This document shows positions 25,208 to 37,849 of a DNA stretch of 64,000 nucleotides, piece after piece. The notes beneath the pieces are model-generated. The model worked only from the letters and a program-made list of their open reading frames with translations. It was not told where the DNA came from and did not search any database. Origin of the DNA: Squalus acanthias. Lineage: Eukaryota. Within the stretch, counting starts at the first letter, position 1, and each line of letters begins with the position of its first letter. The stretch is taken from the NCBI GenBank assembly GCA_030390025.1, contig CM059433.1, forward strand, positions 20,586,001 through 20,650,000, read 5' to 3'. Position numbers and translations under genes: made by a program.

Positions 25208-26534
25208 TATTGGAGCACCAAGGACAAGGACTGTAGCAGAAGTCTGTTGTTCAATTTGGAGTGCTTGGCTGGGACTTAAATTATTGGATTGGCCTTTGTT
25301 GAATGCTTTTTTCTGCCAATGCCCTGGTTTATCATGTCAGTCATTGTAAGTTCTGTCCCTCTTTTGGACTAACCATTCATAAATTGTGCTTGCAGCTGAT
25401 GCTTGTAAGCTCTGCCCTTTCCTTTCTTGTCCAGTGATGGAAAAGCTTAGAAGCTTGTGAAAACACTGATTTTTTAAAATACATTAAAGGATAATAAGCC
25501 ATCAGCCTTTGGACTTCATGTGAGATAAATGATACGCAAGTATAGCTAAGGGGTCATTTATTATGTCATTAATATTTATTAAAATACTAATTTGCTTGTT
25601 TAGTTGCTGTACCAGAAATAGGCTCCTACTTACTCCTGAATCAATCTCCTCTTCCTCTTTCAGGAGTACCTATTCTAGTTTAGTTGATACTCCAACATGC
25701 AGGCCTGAATTTAGGCGTCTTTTGGGTACAAGCTTCCCGGCATTTTTACTAAATATGTGCAATTGAACACAATGCCACTTTCCCCCATCCGCTACACCAC
25801 TGTACTGGAGTGAAGAATGGTGTAGCTGCCTAGTCCACATATAGCTGAGCAGGAAATTCATGGTGATGTGAGAAGCAATCAAGAAGGACTTGGGTTGGGT
25901 TGGCGGCAGGGCAGGCTCAGCTGCAAAGCTGCCATTTGGGCTCCACCTTCTCGCTCACCCGCCTATTTTGTAGCATATCTGATAGCCTCTATAGATGCCC
26001 ACCTCCAAACTGCTACGTGTTATCTCAGATCTTCCTTGCACCTTGTGCCTTTAAAAAAGTAAGAGATAGGTAAAGAATACGTCAGTAGAAGAAACATGTG
26101 TGAGCAATGAGCATTGGGGAGAGAACAGAGGAGAGATTTACCAGAAATAATGAAAAAGGCTAATTGGACAGAATGATACAGCACAAAGTGAGATTACTAT
26201 GAACAATGGTATGGAACACCAGCTGTGTTTTATTATAGTGTGTGCAAACCACTCCTGTCATTATAAAATAGCATATTCTCCAACTCACCATGAACAACAT
26301 CATGGAAGATTTGCGTGGAAATTATGTAAAAGAAAAATACTGGTGAAATGTGAACCATGTTTCTACCCATTTTGCTATCCCTTTTTTGCAGAAGTCATGT
26401 GATACAAAACAATTGGTGCAACTGACTCCGAATGGGGGGTGGGAATTCTAACCCCTCAAAAGCTGTGTGGCTGACTTTGCACTCCAGGTGCAATAAGAAA
26501 TGTCTCCGCTTGTTACCTTTGACTGACAGGGTGG

Positions 26535-27358
26535 AAGAAAATTTGGCAGATGGAGTATAATGTGGAAAAATGTGAGGTTATCCACTTTGGAAGGAAGAAT
26601 AAAAAAGCAAATTATTATTTAAATGGAGTGAGACTGCAAAATGCTGCGGTACAAAGGAATCTGGGGGTCCTAGTACATGAAGCACAAAAAGTTAGCATGC
26701 AGATACAGCAAGTAATTAGGAAGCTAATGGAATGTTGGCCTTTATTGCAAAGGGTATGGATTATAAAAGTAGGGAAGTTTTGATGCAACTTTACAGGGCG
26801 CTGGTGAGACCGCACCTGGAGTACTGCATACAGTTTTGGTCTCCATATTTAAGGAAGGATAAACTTGCATTGGAGGCCGTGCAGAGAAGGTTCACTAGGT
26901 TGATTCCTGGGATGAAGGTGTTGACGTATGACGAAAGGTTGAGCAGGTTGGGCCTATACTCATAGGAGTTTAGAAGAATGAGAGGTGATCTTATTGAAAC
27001 ATAAGATTCTGAGGGGGATTGACAGGGTGGATGCTGAGAGGATGTTTCCCCTAGTGGGGGAATCTAGAACTAGGGGGCACAGTTTCAGAATAAGGGTCGC
27101 CCATTTAAGACAGAGATGAGGAGGAATTTCTTCTCTCAGAGGATCGTGAATCGTTGGAATTCTCTACCCCACAGAGCTGTGGAGGCGGAGACATTGAATA
27201 TATTCAAGGCGGAGATTGACAGACATTTGAACGTCAAGGGGTACGGGGAGAGAGCGGGAAAGTGGTGCTGAGGCCAAGATTGGATCAACCATGATCTTAT
27301 TGAATGGCGGAGCAGGCGCAAGGGGCCGATTGGCCTACTCCTGCTCCTGTTTCTTATG
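26535..27358 (+). mobile_element. CR1 3' fragment
   Basis: WQMEYNVEKC, LVRPHLEYC, 3'UTR. Confidence 0.92.
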
Positions 27359-28099
27359 TAAAAGCGACCATGTATTTGACCAGATCATCTGTTCAAATAT
27401 ATTTGAACAATATGTTTGCTAATTTTAACTATGTAGTTATGCATTTAAATATTGTATTGGGGCGGGGGGCAATCAATAAGCTGTGGCTGGACTATACCGA
27501 GATCGTTTTATTGCATTATAATAAAGTACCTTTTGGGTTACGTTACAAGTCATTTGTTATCCTTTATGCCCCTTCCTGATATTAAAAGCTTCTAACACTT
27601 TCCCTAAACGATATTCATGATGGGAGTCGTGGTAGGTGGAAGCACAGTCACATGGTTTAGTGGCGGATTGTCACACTAGTTTAATCAGCAACATCTGACA
27701 CAGCATGTGGTTTACTGCATGATTGTGCTGTCATGTTTGGCGCGAATGATGGATTGCTGCTCAGCACAGGCTTTCAATACTTGTATACGTTGTATATATT
27801 CAGCTAAATTGTGTGTTACTGCAACAATTCAGTGAGACCTCTATCCATAATTACAATTTTCCAGGTGCTACCATGCAGTCTTAAAGTGCTACAGATATTG
27901 ATCAGCTTCTAATGCACTGCCCCTTGGGATGTTTAATGCATTACATTCAGCTTGTAATTGCAGTCTGATGTGAGGCTAATATAGTAAATAGAGACTTAAC
28001 GGGTTGGCGGTTCGAACCAGTCATACTTTGCTGAAAACTAGCAAACAGCCTTGACTTAAATTTCCTGCTTTATCATAAAAAATGTGTTTATAGCTATTT

Positions 28100-28944
28100 G
28101 CCAGGAAATTCGGCCACACAGTGCTTGTCTTTCGGGCACTAAATGGCCTTCAATATGGTGGGCAGGAAGCGCACATTCATTATGCGCCAGAAGCGCGCCG
28201 CCTGCCATATTGGTATAGGCAAAAAAATTAGTGTGTAGAGCCCATGCCTGAATCAGGCGTTAACTCTTTGCCTATTCAAATACGAGGCCTTATGCCTGTT
28301 TGAAGCCCCCTCTGCAATACTGATTTGCCCTGAGGAAGGTAAAGCAGGCCTACATGGTCCTTAAAGGGACTGCGCTGCAGGCCGCAACCAGCAAGGTAAG
28401 TGTTTAAAATATACTGACCAGAATATAGAGCTGGGAGGAGCAGGAGTGATCCTCCCAACCCCACATTCAAAGCACGCGGGCCACCGCTCCGCCAGCCCCA
28501 TGATCGCCACCGCTACCCCCTCCCGATCCCGGCCACTGCCCTCCTTCCCAACCACCGCGACCCTTCCAACCCAATCGTCTACTGTTCCAACCCAGTCGCC
28601 CCCGCACCCCACCCAACCCCTCTTCCTGGTCTCCTTGAAACAATTATGAAGGTCGCTTCCGACATTTCAACACCCCAAACTTCCATTCCTCTTCACTGGC
28701 GAATGGCTTGGAGGTGCCTATTACATATCTGTAGCTTGCCAGCTCGATGATGATGAGGCCTGAGGCCATAACCAGGTGCTCCTTGGGCAAATCCATTCAG
28801 GCATAGGGATTGTTTCCCTGTGTCCCCCGCACGCCAAAAAAATAGGCACGCTCGAATATCTTGGCATGTTGGAGTCGAGTTGAACTTTTAAGCCCCTCCC
28901 CGCCCGCCCCACTCCTGCCTGTCCTGGGGGTTAAAATTCTCCCT
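28100..28944. mobile_element. Harbinger-type MITE, degenerate or compound
   Basis: GCCAGGAAATT start and GTTAAAATTCTCCC end; GC-rich body like other MITEs. Confidence 0.55.
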
Positions 28945-30531
28945 GAGCTGTCAGAAATTAAGGCGCTCTGTTGTTCCTGAGACTCTGGGTTCCCACTAAC
29001 TGGAGTGCTGTCTACCCTACCCTACCAGTGTCAGATATCCAGCATCTGTGCTTCCATTGCTGCCAGGTTCCTGGTTTCGGAGGAGCTCTAGAAACAGTTG
29101 TGCAGGGCCTGGTGCTGGCAGGAGAGGTCATGCTGACATCTTAGTCACTCAGTTGGTGTTGTATCTGTCCTCGCTGGCCATTCTGGAGAGCTTCACCTGA
29201 AGAGACACAGTCAGCTGCTGGATGATAATACAGTACACATTTCAGATGCTCCCAAATTACACCTTGGTGAGCCCTTTCATTGATGGACTTCATATCATGG
29301 GTTACTGTAATGGCAATTGTGAATGAATCAGTGTCAACGTTTGTTTGAACACGCTCTTATTAAGCACCTTGGGACGTTTTACTACGTTAAAAGCGCTATT
29401 TAAATGCAAGGAGTTGTTGATGCTACTACTTTACCAATAGTAGACTTACTTGCAGAGAACTGCCTATGTATCCTTCCCATTACCTGAGCGAGTTAAGGGA
29501 CTTCGCCACACTTTCTGTTTGTTCAATCAACCACTTCTGGAATACAGAAAGACTAAGCTCTAAACCCCAGGGAGCCTAGGCAACGCAATAGCTCCCTGCT
29601 GTCCACCTGCTGCCATCTGATCAACATCCACGCCTTCTGCCCTTTCTTCACTTAGTGCGAGTGGCGGTACATTGTCCTGCACTGGTTGTTTCTGCATCCT
29701 TTTGGTTCTGCACCATCACCAGTAAAGACCGTTGGAAGTGCATTTCTGAATGCATTGGTACACTTTGCGAGTCTTCATTGCCTTTGAAAGTAATTATGTA
29801 GAAAAGTGATGTTCTCTGTGTGAGAATTGAGCTATTCATGTTAGCTGCTCTGCAAATGAGGAAAAGGTGGTTAGGGCCTTCATTGTGCTGGTGCTCCCAT
29901 TTGTACCATGCTGTTGTATGACATCTTTTTCTGTGAAAGTAACCTTGATTAGAAATTTTGCCAGTGTCTGTTCAGCAAGATTTGTCTAAAACAGCATTAA
30001 AATTCCAGTACCCTCACGGCAGGCACAATGCAAATATTATCAGTCTTTTAAACCAAAAACATCCTTTTCATTGTAACACCTTTATTATATCTATAGCAGA
30101 ACAGGCTTTCCGTTGAAGATGTCTGAATGTCTTAAGCTATTAGATTTTTTAAGAAAGGTGAATCGAGGCTGCAGCATTTACATTTACACTGCAGCATCAC
30201 CTTGGTAGCCCTCCTCAAGTTATGGTACTACTTCCTCACATCCTTACCTGCCTTTTGGATTTCCAAATCAGCCATCTGCACCTGAACTTGATTGGTTGGC
30301 TACCCTCCGATTACAAAACAAAGCTCATGTTTGTCTTGAATGATGTCAAGAAGGATATTGAGATCTTTTTCAAATCATATGAGTTGTCATTGCTTATGCA
30401 TTCTGATTTCCACACTGCACAGCCTCTTCTGAAGTAGTGGTGATTAATCAACTCCTTAACTGCTTGAGAAGTGTGAAAATGAACATCAGTGCAGGGATGC
30501 TATATTGGCCAACTTATTGAGCAAACTTATT

Positions 30532-31272
30532 GGGGCTGAATTTGCGGTCGGAGGCTTTCCGTGGACAGATGCCTCCGACCAGCAAAAAATCTACGAACTT
30601 ACCTGATGGTCCCAGAGGTTCAGACACTTGCGCTCCCGGGCCCCTCTGCGTAGGCCTGCGTAGAGGCCCACATATCCCAAGGGCGCATGCGGTTTGCAAG
30701 CGCTCCTGGGATCACGTGGGCTGGCCCAACCAATCAAAGAAGGGGGATTCCCATTCATACTTATGGAGGTTCTGTTTGTACAGAATCCCCATAAGCATGA
30801 ATGGGGATGACATTAAAAATAGATTTAACATAACAAATAAACTTTTAAAAATTACATATTTAAAATTAATTAAAATACAATACAATTAAACATTTAAAAC
30901 AAAAATGTATTAAAAAAATTTTTTTAACATATTTTAAATGGTCTAAAAATAAACTTACCTTATTGTACATGTGCTTTAATGTTTAAATGTATGAAAAATT
31001 TTATTTTTATGTTTTTTAAAACTCTTACACTGATAAAAGCCTTATGTCTGCTTTTACCAGGTGTAAGAATTTCACGGGCATTCGCTGGGCAGAAGTTGGG
31101 CAAATAGCGCAACTCTCCGCCCGCGGAGGCCCTTCTCCCGGAATCTTCTTGACAGATTGCAAGTTCTGGGTTTTAGCGCATGCGCTTCACCTGCCTAAAC
31201 CCGGAACTTGCACAGCCCCTACGGGCGCGTGCGCACCTCGTACGCACCCATAGGGGCCGCAAATTACGGCCC
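30532..31272. mobile_element. MITE (Harbinger-type)
   Basis: TIR GGGGCTGAATTTGCGG / CCGCAAATTACGGCCC; ATT/ATT TSD. Confidence 0.85.
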
Positions 31273-32285
31273 ATTGAGTTCATGAGGCAGGGATCTGGAG
31301 GAAACTCCAATACTCCAATGAGTTTGATAGAGAAGTGCTACTGACGAACAGAAAGATGTGACCTTTAGCACTTAGTTTAAAGGAGGATAATCAACCAGAA
31401 TGTCTTCATAAGTGTGTAAGTTGCTTATGCAAAAAGCTCCCTAACCTATGAGATACTAAGTGGGCTAGCAGAATTGTCACTTTTCAAAAAGAAGGGATTT
31501 TTCCAACCACTAAGGAAGTAATTGATGCAGACAGTGGTATCACCTCTATGGACAGTTCATTTTGTTGTGGAGAAACCTGGCAGAAATGCCGAGGCTCATG
31601 ACACCACCAGTGTTGTAAAGAGCCAGAGAATTATGTCATTTGGATGCCGTTGCTATTGGAAACAGGCTGCAGCCTATCTTCCAGCTGATGGGATGGATCG
31701 AAGCTTGAAAAGAGTGTCTTAAATGAACACGTCTTCAACCAGATAAAAGTACCACCATGAATAGCACTTGGGACAAAAATAATCAGGATGTGACATCAGT
31801 ACAAGAATGGTCTTTGAGTGCTCTAACTGCCTCTGGTGTGTCTCTATGGTGTGCTTTACCCAGCACATAAAGTTCAACAAATTTTATTGCTTCTGTAAGT
31901 CCTTTGTTCTGAGATTTATGTGCTCTCTCACATTTCAGCAGTTACTGGGCTTCTCCGAAATAAAAAGAGTGCCCATAAATCCGTTAATGATTTTTAACGA
32001 AGCAGTAATGGATTTTGATGATTGTCCAAGCTAATGTTTTATAAAGGGTACTCTTTCACATTCTAATATTAAAAGTGGTAAAGGTACAATTAAGTTGCGG
32101 TTTTAAGAGATTTTTTTTCTGCCTGATTGAAAAATATACCTTGTAGCCACACTGTAGGGAGTGTAATGTTAGAGCTTAACTTAAGGTTGGTAATCATATT
32201 TGCAATACTTGACATATAAATTTTCCTGTTGCTCGGGAACTTCAGCTTTATTGAGTTGCACTTACCACTTAGCTTTGGCACCCTT

Positions 32286-32612
32286 GAAGGCTTAGTGGCT
32301 AAATGAACTGTCCACTGTGCAGCTGAGCCACACAAGCGAGGAAGGCCCCTGCTCTGTGCTGACTTAACTGCTGTCAGCCAAGATAGCTATGGGGATGCTA
32401 CAATTGGCTGCAGAGCCACCCAGACCAGAGATGGGGAGACATTAGAGACGGCTCCCAGACCTAATTGTGTATGTGGATGTTGGATCAAAGGACAGTTTAG
32501 GGCTCAGCCGCATCAACTCGCACAAGAAGAGCAGCCACTTGATTGAATAACCGGAGAGGATGGAACCATACCCCAGCATGATTCAATAACATTGAGCAGA
32601 GCAAGGGAGAAA
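32286..32612 (+). mobile_element. AmnSINE2-like ancient SINE
   Basis: CTGTGCTGA.TTA.CTG..GCTACAATTGG..GGAACCATACCCCAGCATGA; related to 43605-43960. Confidence 0.6.
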
Positions 32613-32796
32613 AGAGCAGAAAACAAACATTCAACTTATAGTTGTCCACCACAGTGGTCTCAGCAAGTGGCAGATGACGATTAGGCTGCTGTTCATCTCA
32701 AAATGAGCTATTTTCTAAATGTGTGAGCAATTAGATCTCATTGCCGATTGTTAATGTCCTGAGCCTGATTTTTTTATGTTGCTAGACAAGTTTCTT

Positions 32797-33660
32797 GGGA
32801 GATAAATTTAACCCCTCTCCCACGATGGGCGGGAGAGGATTAGGGGTTAAATCGATAAATATGTGAAAGCAGATTGCAACCCACCACGAACGTGCCTACT
32901 TCTGGTTTAACCGCGGTGTGTTTGGGGGCATCTGAGTAACCCGCTCTGGAGAGGCGGATCAGTGATTATAATATTTAAATGAGGCTCCGTTCCTCAGATT
33001 TTGGGGACTATTTGAATTTAACGGCTGTTGGCTGGGTTACCCGGGGCTCGGGAAACCCGGCAGCTGAAGGGAAGTGGGAGCTGCCGGCTGCAGCAGGTAA
33101 GTGCTTTTCCAGTACTGCTTGTGAGCCAGGAGGAGCAGGAGTGCTTCCCCCGGCCCCTCAAGCAAACACACTGCTGCGAACTGCTACCCTCCCAGCAATC
33201 TTCCGATCCTCTCCTGCGATCTAACGACAGCCCCCCACCCCCACCTCATCCCCTGCGATCTAACGACCCTCATAGAATCAAAGAATCATAAAATGGTTAC
33301 AGCACGGAAGAAGGCCATTTGGCCCATCGAGCCCATGCCGGCTCTCTGTAAGAGCACTTCGCAATCTAATGACCACCCCACAATGCCCCGATCTTTCCCT
33401 CCCTCTGTCTCTCCTCGCTGCCGTGCTCTCCACCATGCCCTGATCTTTTCAGATTGCCAGAGACCTTGCCCTGCACTCCCCCAGCCGTGGCATTCTACCG
33501 CTGGCTTTCCCACCCAGCAGCCAGACAGCCTCTCAATCTGGCCGGCTGCCAGGTGGAAAACGGAGTAAAAAAATGTTAATGCAAATTTAACGGCATGACC
33601 TCCGCATTCCCGCGATTCCCTTCTGCCGGTACAACTGTTGAGGCGTGGAAGATAGAAGCC
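32797..33660. mobile_element. Harbinger-type MITE containing a CR1 tail fragment (33271-33355, -)
   Basis: Homologous to 23971-24814; internal CATAGAATC CR1 tail. Confidence 0.65.
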
Positions 33661-33794
33661 ATCTGATTTTCCTTCTCAGTGGGAAAAGCACCTGACCCAA
33701 CAGGGTGACAGGACTCAGGAACTCACTGAGTGGGGAATTACATGTCAAGGTCCAAGTTTACCATTTCATGGCGCACTGGAGTTGGCGAAACATT

Positions 33795-34460
33795 GGCCTC
33801 AATATTTATGGGGAGGCGGGAAGGGTGCAGGTGAGGCCGCAAAAGGCCCAAGAACCTGGCAAGGCAGGGGAAGCGGAGGTCTTGCTGATCTTAACTTCTT
33901 GTAGCTCTGTCTCCCGCCCGGCAGCCAGCCAAATGGACAGGCTGGCCGCTGGGTGGGAGGGACCACCAGCGGCTGGAGGTCACAGCCGGGGACACTTGGG
34001 GATGATCCTTGGCAATCGGGCCTGGGGGTTTGGGGAGAGTTTGGCAATTTAGGTGGGGGGAGTTCAGCAATCAGGGCTGGGGGGAGGCGATCGGCAATCA
34101 GCGCTGGGGTGGGGGGGGGGAGGCGATTGGCAATCAGGGCTGCGGGGGAGAGGAGGTCGGCAATCAGGGCTGCGGGGGAGAGGAGGTCGATAATCGGGGC
34201 TGGAGGTCGATAATCGGGGCTGCGGGGAAGGAGGTCGATAATTGGGGCTGGGGGGGGGGAAGGAGATCGATAATCAGAAGAGGGGGGAGGTTGGCAATCT
34301 GGACTGTGGAAGGGGTGGAGGCAATGATAGGCTGGGAGAGGTCGAAGGCTTCCTTGAGGAGCCTGGGGGGAGCACGCCTGCTCCTCCTGGTCCATAAGAA
34401 GTGCTGAAACAGGCACATACCTTGTGGAGCCGGCAGCTTGTGCTTCACTTTCACTGCCGA
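33795..34460. mobile_element. MITE (inverse orientation) with ~30-bp G-rich tandem repeats
   Basis: Reverse complement similarity to the 32797 element; repeats of GAGGTCG..AATC.GGGCTGCGGGG at 34120-34270. Confidence 0.6.
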
Positions 34461-34469
34461 CACTGCAAC

Positions 34470-34680
34470 CTGTCCACATAATTTAACCCTTTTAGCCCCA
34501 GTATCATTCTTCCAATATATCCTTCCTGAGGTCCGGTGCCCAAAACTGAACGCAGTATTCCAGATGGAGTCTGGCCAAGGCTCTATACAACTGAAGCGTA
34601 ACTTCCTGCCCTTTGTATTCCAGCCCCCTTGAGATAAAGAACACATTCTATCAGACTTTTTGATTGACAGCCTTTGTATT
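34470..34680 (-). mobile_element. CR1 RT fragment
   Basis: [21 protein letters not shown] motif on the minus strand. Confidence 0.7.
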
Positions 34681-36252
34681 TCCATAAATAACAGTAATGA
34701 TCAACGCTTCAGCTGCAGAGAATATACCTACACTATTATCCTCTGTTTTTTCGTACTATTGGGTAAAAACCCAAGTGAGCAAAGGCAATGCTACCTGAGC
34801 TTTTTAGTGCAGAAACCTAGGTGAAGGTTAAGTCCCTGCTGATGCAAACCTAGTTGAAAAGAGTGGGAGTGAAGCAAAGATTCATCAATAATTTGTTGTC
34901 AGATAATATGAAGTGTAGGTTTTAAAACCCTGTAGCTAGTGAGAGGAGGAAAGTCTCTGGGAGGTAAGGAAGTAGTTCCATACTCTTGAGGTCTTGGGAA
35001 AGAATAATCAAGAGTAGGAGATGGCGCAGTGAGTTTTGATCTTAACAAGGGTGGAGGGAGGGAGGAGGAAAATTGTGTAACATGTATTTGGAGATGAAGG
35101 CATGAGATAAAAATTCAAAAAAAACAATGACCACAAATATATTTACATTTTCAGTGTATTTGACACACTTTAGACTTAGTCCATTTTATATTGCACTGTT
35201 TTAGAGTAAACTACCCTGATTACTTTTAAAATTACTACGACACATGGTGGGTTTAACAGCTTGCTCTTGCCACTCACAATGTAGTGTTGCTGGGCTACTG
35301 CATCAAGTGAAACACCATGAAAATGGAGAGTTGCACTTATCTCACATAGGCTTTTAATGGCGACCAAAACGTCAGCGACCTAACACATTAACACATTTAA
35401 CTGAATTAGCTTCAATCGAAATGGATGGTGATGGACTTTGCCTGTTATCATTTTCTACTTAGCCCTTTACCTTTCTGTGAGACTTGGTTTTCCACAAAAG
35501 CTTTTCATTATTTCTGACTATATATATTCCCCTGTTTAAAAATGATACATACTGGCATTTTCTTCTGCTGTAGGAATGCAGCTCTCAAGGTTTACATTTT
35601 TAAACCTCATGCAGAGAGCCATTTGGCCACTGTGCTTCTCCCTTATTTAATTTGTACGGGTTTCCAGTGAACATTTTCTCAAATTAGATATATTGCCAGG
35701 AGTACTGTGTTCTGACTTATACGAAGAATCAGGTAGGATCGATGTACACATCAATCCTGATGCAAGCAAATTCTTAGCAGGCTCCAATTTCGCTCCATGT
35801 GGAGTGAATAACTGCAGAGTATTATAAGCAAGTCTGGTTTTAGGAAAGTCTCTTGTGTACAGCAGGTTTAATGTTTAATAATGGATATTGTAGGAATCTA
35901 CATTCAAGCTGGTAACCACTTCAACTCAACAATTCACTTTGCAACAATCATCCCTTCTCTTTTTAAAAAAAAACCTGTTTAAGTTAAATACTTTTATTTA
36001 AAAACTTCTGTGTGATTTAGTCAAATCTCTTTGCCTAATATAGCTACTTATCTCTATCGAAACATTTTATAAATTTTCACTGAAAATAAACCAACAAGTA
36101 TCAAAGTTATCAAATCTTTCAGGTGAGTTGGTTTCTTAACAGACCAAGCAGCTGTTGTCACAAATCACTACAATATTTCAGTGATTCTCTTGTTCTTCTT
36201 CATATGACAATAATTTCTTCTCAACACCTGCCCACCGCAGTACAAACCTTGT

Positions 36253-36577
36253 AAAAGAAAGACTTGCATTTATATAGTGTATTTCACAAGCTCAGGGCGT
36301 CCCAAATGATTTATAGCAAATGAAGTACGATGATGTGTAGTCACTGTTGCGATGTAGGAAACGCGGCAGCCAATTTGCGCACAGCAAGGTCCCACAAACT
36401 GCAATGTGATAATGACCAAATAACCAAATAATTTGTTTTCATGATATTGGTTGAGTGATAAATATTGGCCAGGACACCAGCTATAACTCCCCTGCTCTTC
36501 AAAATAGTGCCGTAGGATCTTTTACATCCACCTGAAAGGGCAGACAGGGTTTGGTTTACAGTCTCATCTGAAAGACA
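36253..36577 (-). mobile_element. Deu-domain SINE, 5'-truncated
   Basis: Reverse complement of 15935-16260. Confidence 0.85.
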
Positions 36578-36869
36578 ACGACCAGAATTTTCCGGGGGGG
36601 GGTGTCAGCGGGTGGGAAGTTTGATTTTATTTGAAACTCGCCACAGCGCGCCTTTCCCCACGTCGGGTCTGTCAGCGCTGAGCAGACCCAACAGGCAGCA
36701 ATGGGTGACCCAATTAAACTCATTAGCATCTATTGATAGATCATTAACAGGCTTTTTTAACTTACCTTTTCACTTTAACTTCATGGCCATGGGAACCACG
36801 TTGTTTGGGGACCACCTCTGTGAACCTGAGGCAGGAGTTCAGTGGCCATTGCTCCAGCTGATTACTTGA

Positions 36870-37815
36870 CAGCTTCAAATGTAGAGTAAAAGCTCCCACC
36901 TGACAGAGATCACTTTCCTCAGCCACAAGCTGTTTCTCAGTCCATTTCCAGCACAGATTCTGCAGGCTTTCCACTCTCCATCCACCCTTACCTCATTGAA
37001 AGAACTATCTCACCATATGCAATTATGCTTGTTCCATATTTTCCTGAGGACGCTAAACTTTCTATAATGGTCACTGGTGGCTTTAAACAGTGTCACCTTT
37101 ACCTACGTCAGTATATAATCTAGGATGGTCTTCACTCTTGGCAGTCCTTCTATTGCTTGATTCTGCCTATGTTGAAATTCTTCTGGTGCACTGGATGTAC
37201 CTAAGGGCATCTGCCACATTATGTATCTGCTAAATGTATTGTGTGGTAAGATGGACACTCTTTGGGCTGGATTTTGAATGACCCATGGAGTCGGGTTTGG
37301 AGGCGTGTGGGGGGTTAAATTTGCGGGGTCGGGAGTCCCAACCCCATCCCACCTCCAAGCAATTTTGACAAAATCAGTCGCGGGGTTCCCGACTTCGTCC
37401 CGCCTCCAAGAGGCGGGAGAGGCCATTAAAGCCCTTGACAAGCCCTAAATTGGCTCTGTAATGCCATTTTGAAACGTTTTAGCTAGTTTAACCCTTTTCC
37501 GACGTGAAGTACGCCTGATGTGAAACACGCAAGTGGATAGCTGACTATCAGCTGCAGGTCCACTGACCTGCAATGCAGTAGCAATGATGACATCATCAGA
37601 GGCGACTTTCAGACTGAAACTATTAATTGGTTCATGGGTTCCCACATGCTGGAATTCAATTGCCTAATTAAGTGAAAATTGCATCATTCATCCACATTAA
37701 TCTGGAGTCGGGGGGGAACACGAAATGCGAATGACACAACCCCAACCCGACCCCAAGACAAAATCCAGCCCTTTATATCTAGGACTACAATGCAAAGTCC
37801 ATTTTTGCATCCTAA
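36870..37815 (-). pseudogene. Gypsy/Ty3 LTR-retrotransposon RT relic split by MITE
   Basis: ..RYIMWQMPLGTSSAPEEFQHRQNQAIEGLPRVKTILDYIL resembles the Gypsy RT motif MPFGISSAPEEFQ..DDIL. Confidence 0.65.
37264..37771. mobile_element. Harbinger-type MITE
   Basis: Perfect 13-bp TIR GGGCTGGATTTTG; TTT/TTT TSD. Confidence 0.85.
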
Positions 37816-37849
37816 ACACTTAATATTTCTACACAGTTTAAACTCTGTA

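Noticed and set aside
29595..29618. CTCF-like motif (minus TGGCAGCAGGTGGACAGCA)
   Set aside because: Needs indels to fit the consensus; unsupported without data
30340..31800. Possible ancient coding relic around the MITE
   Set aside because: Short broken frames with no motif I can identify
33799..34479. 226-aa proline-rich ORF
   Set aside because: Arises from G-rich tandem repeats inside a MITE
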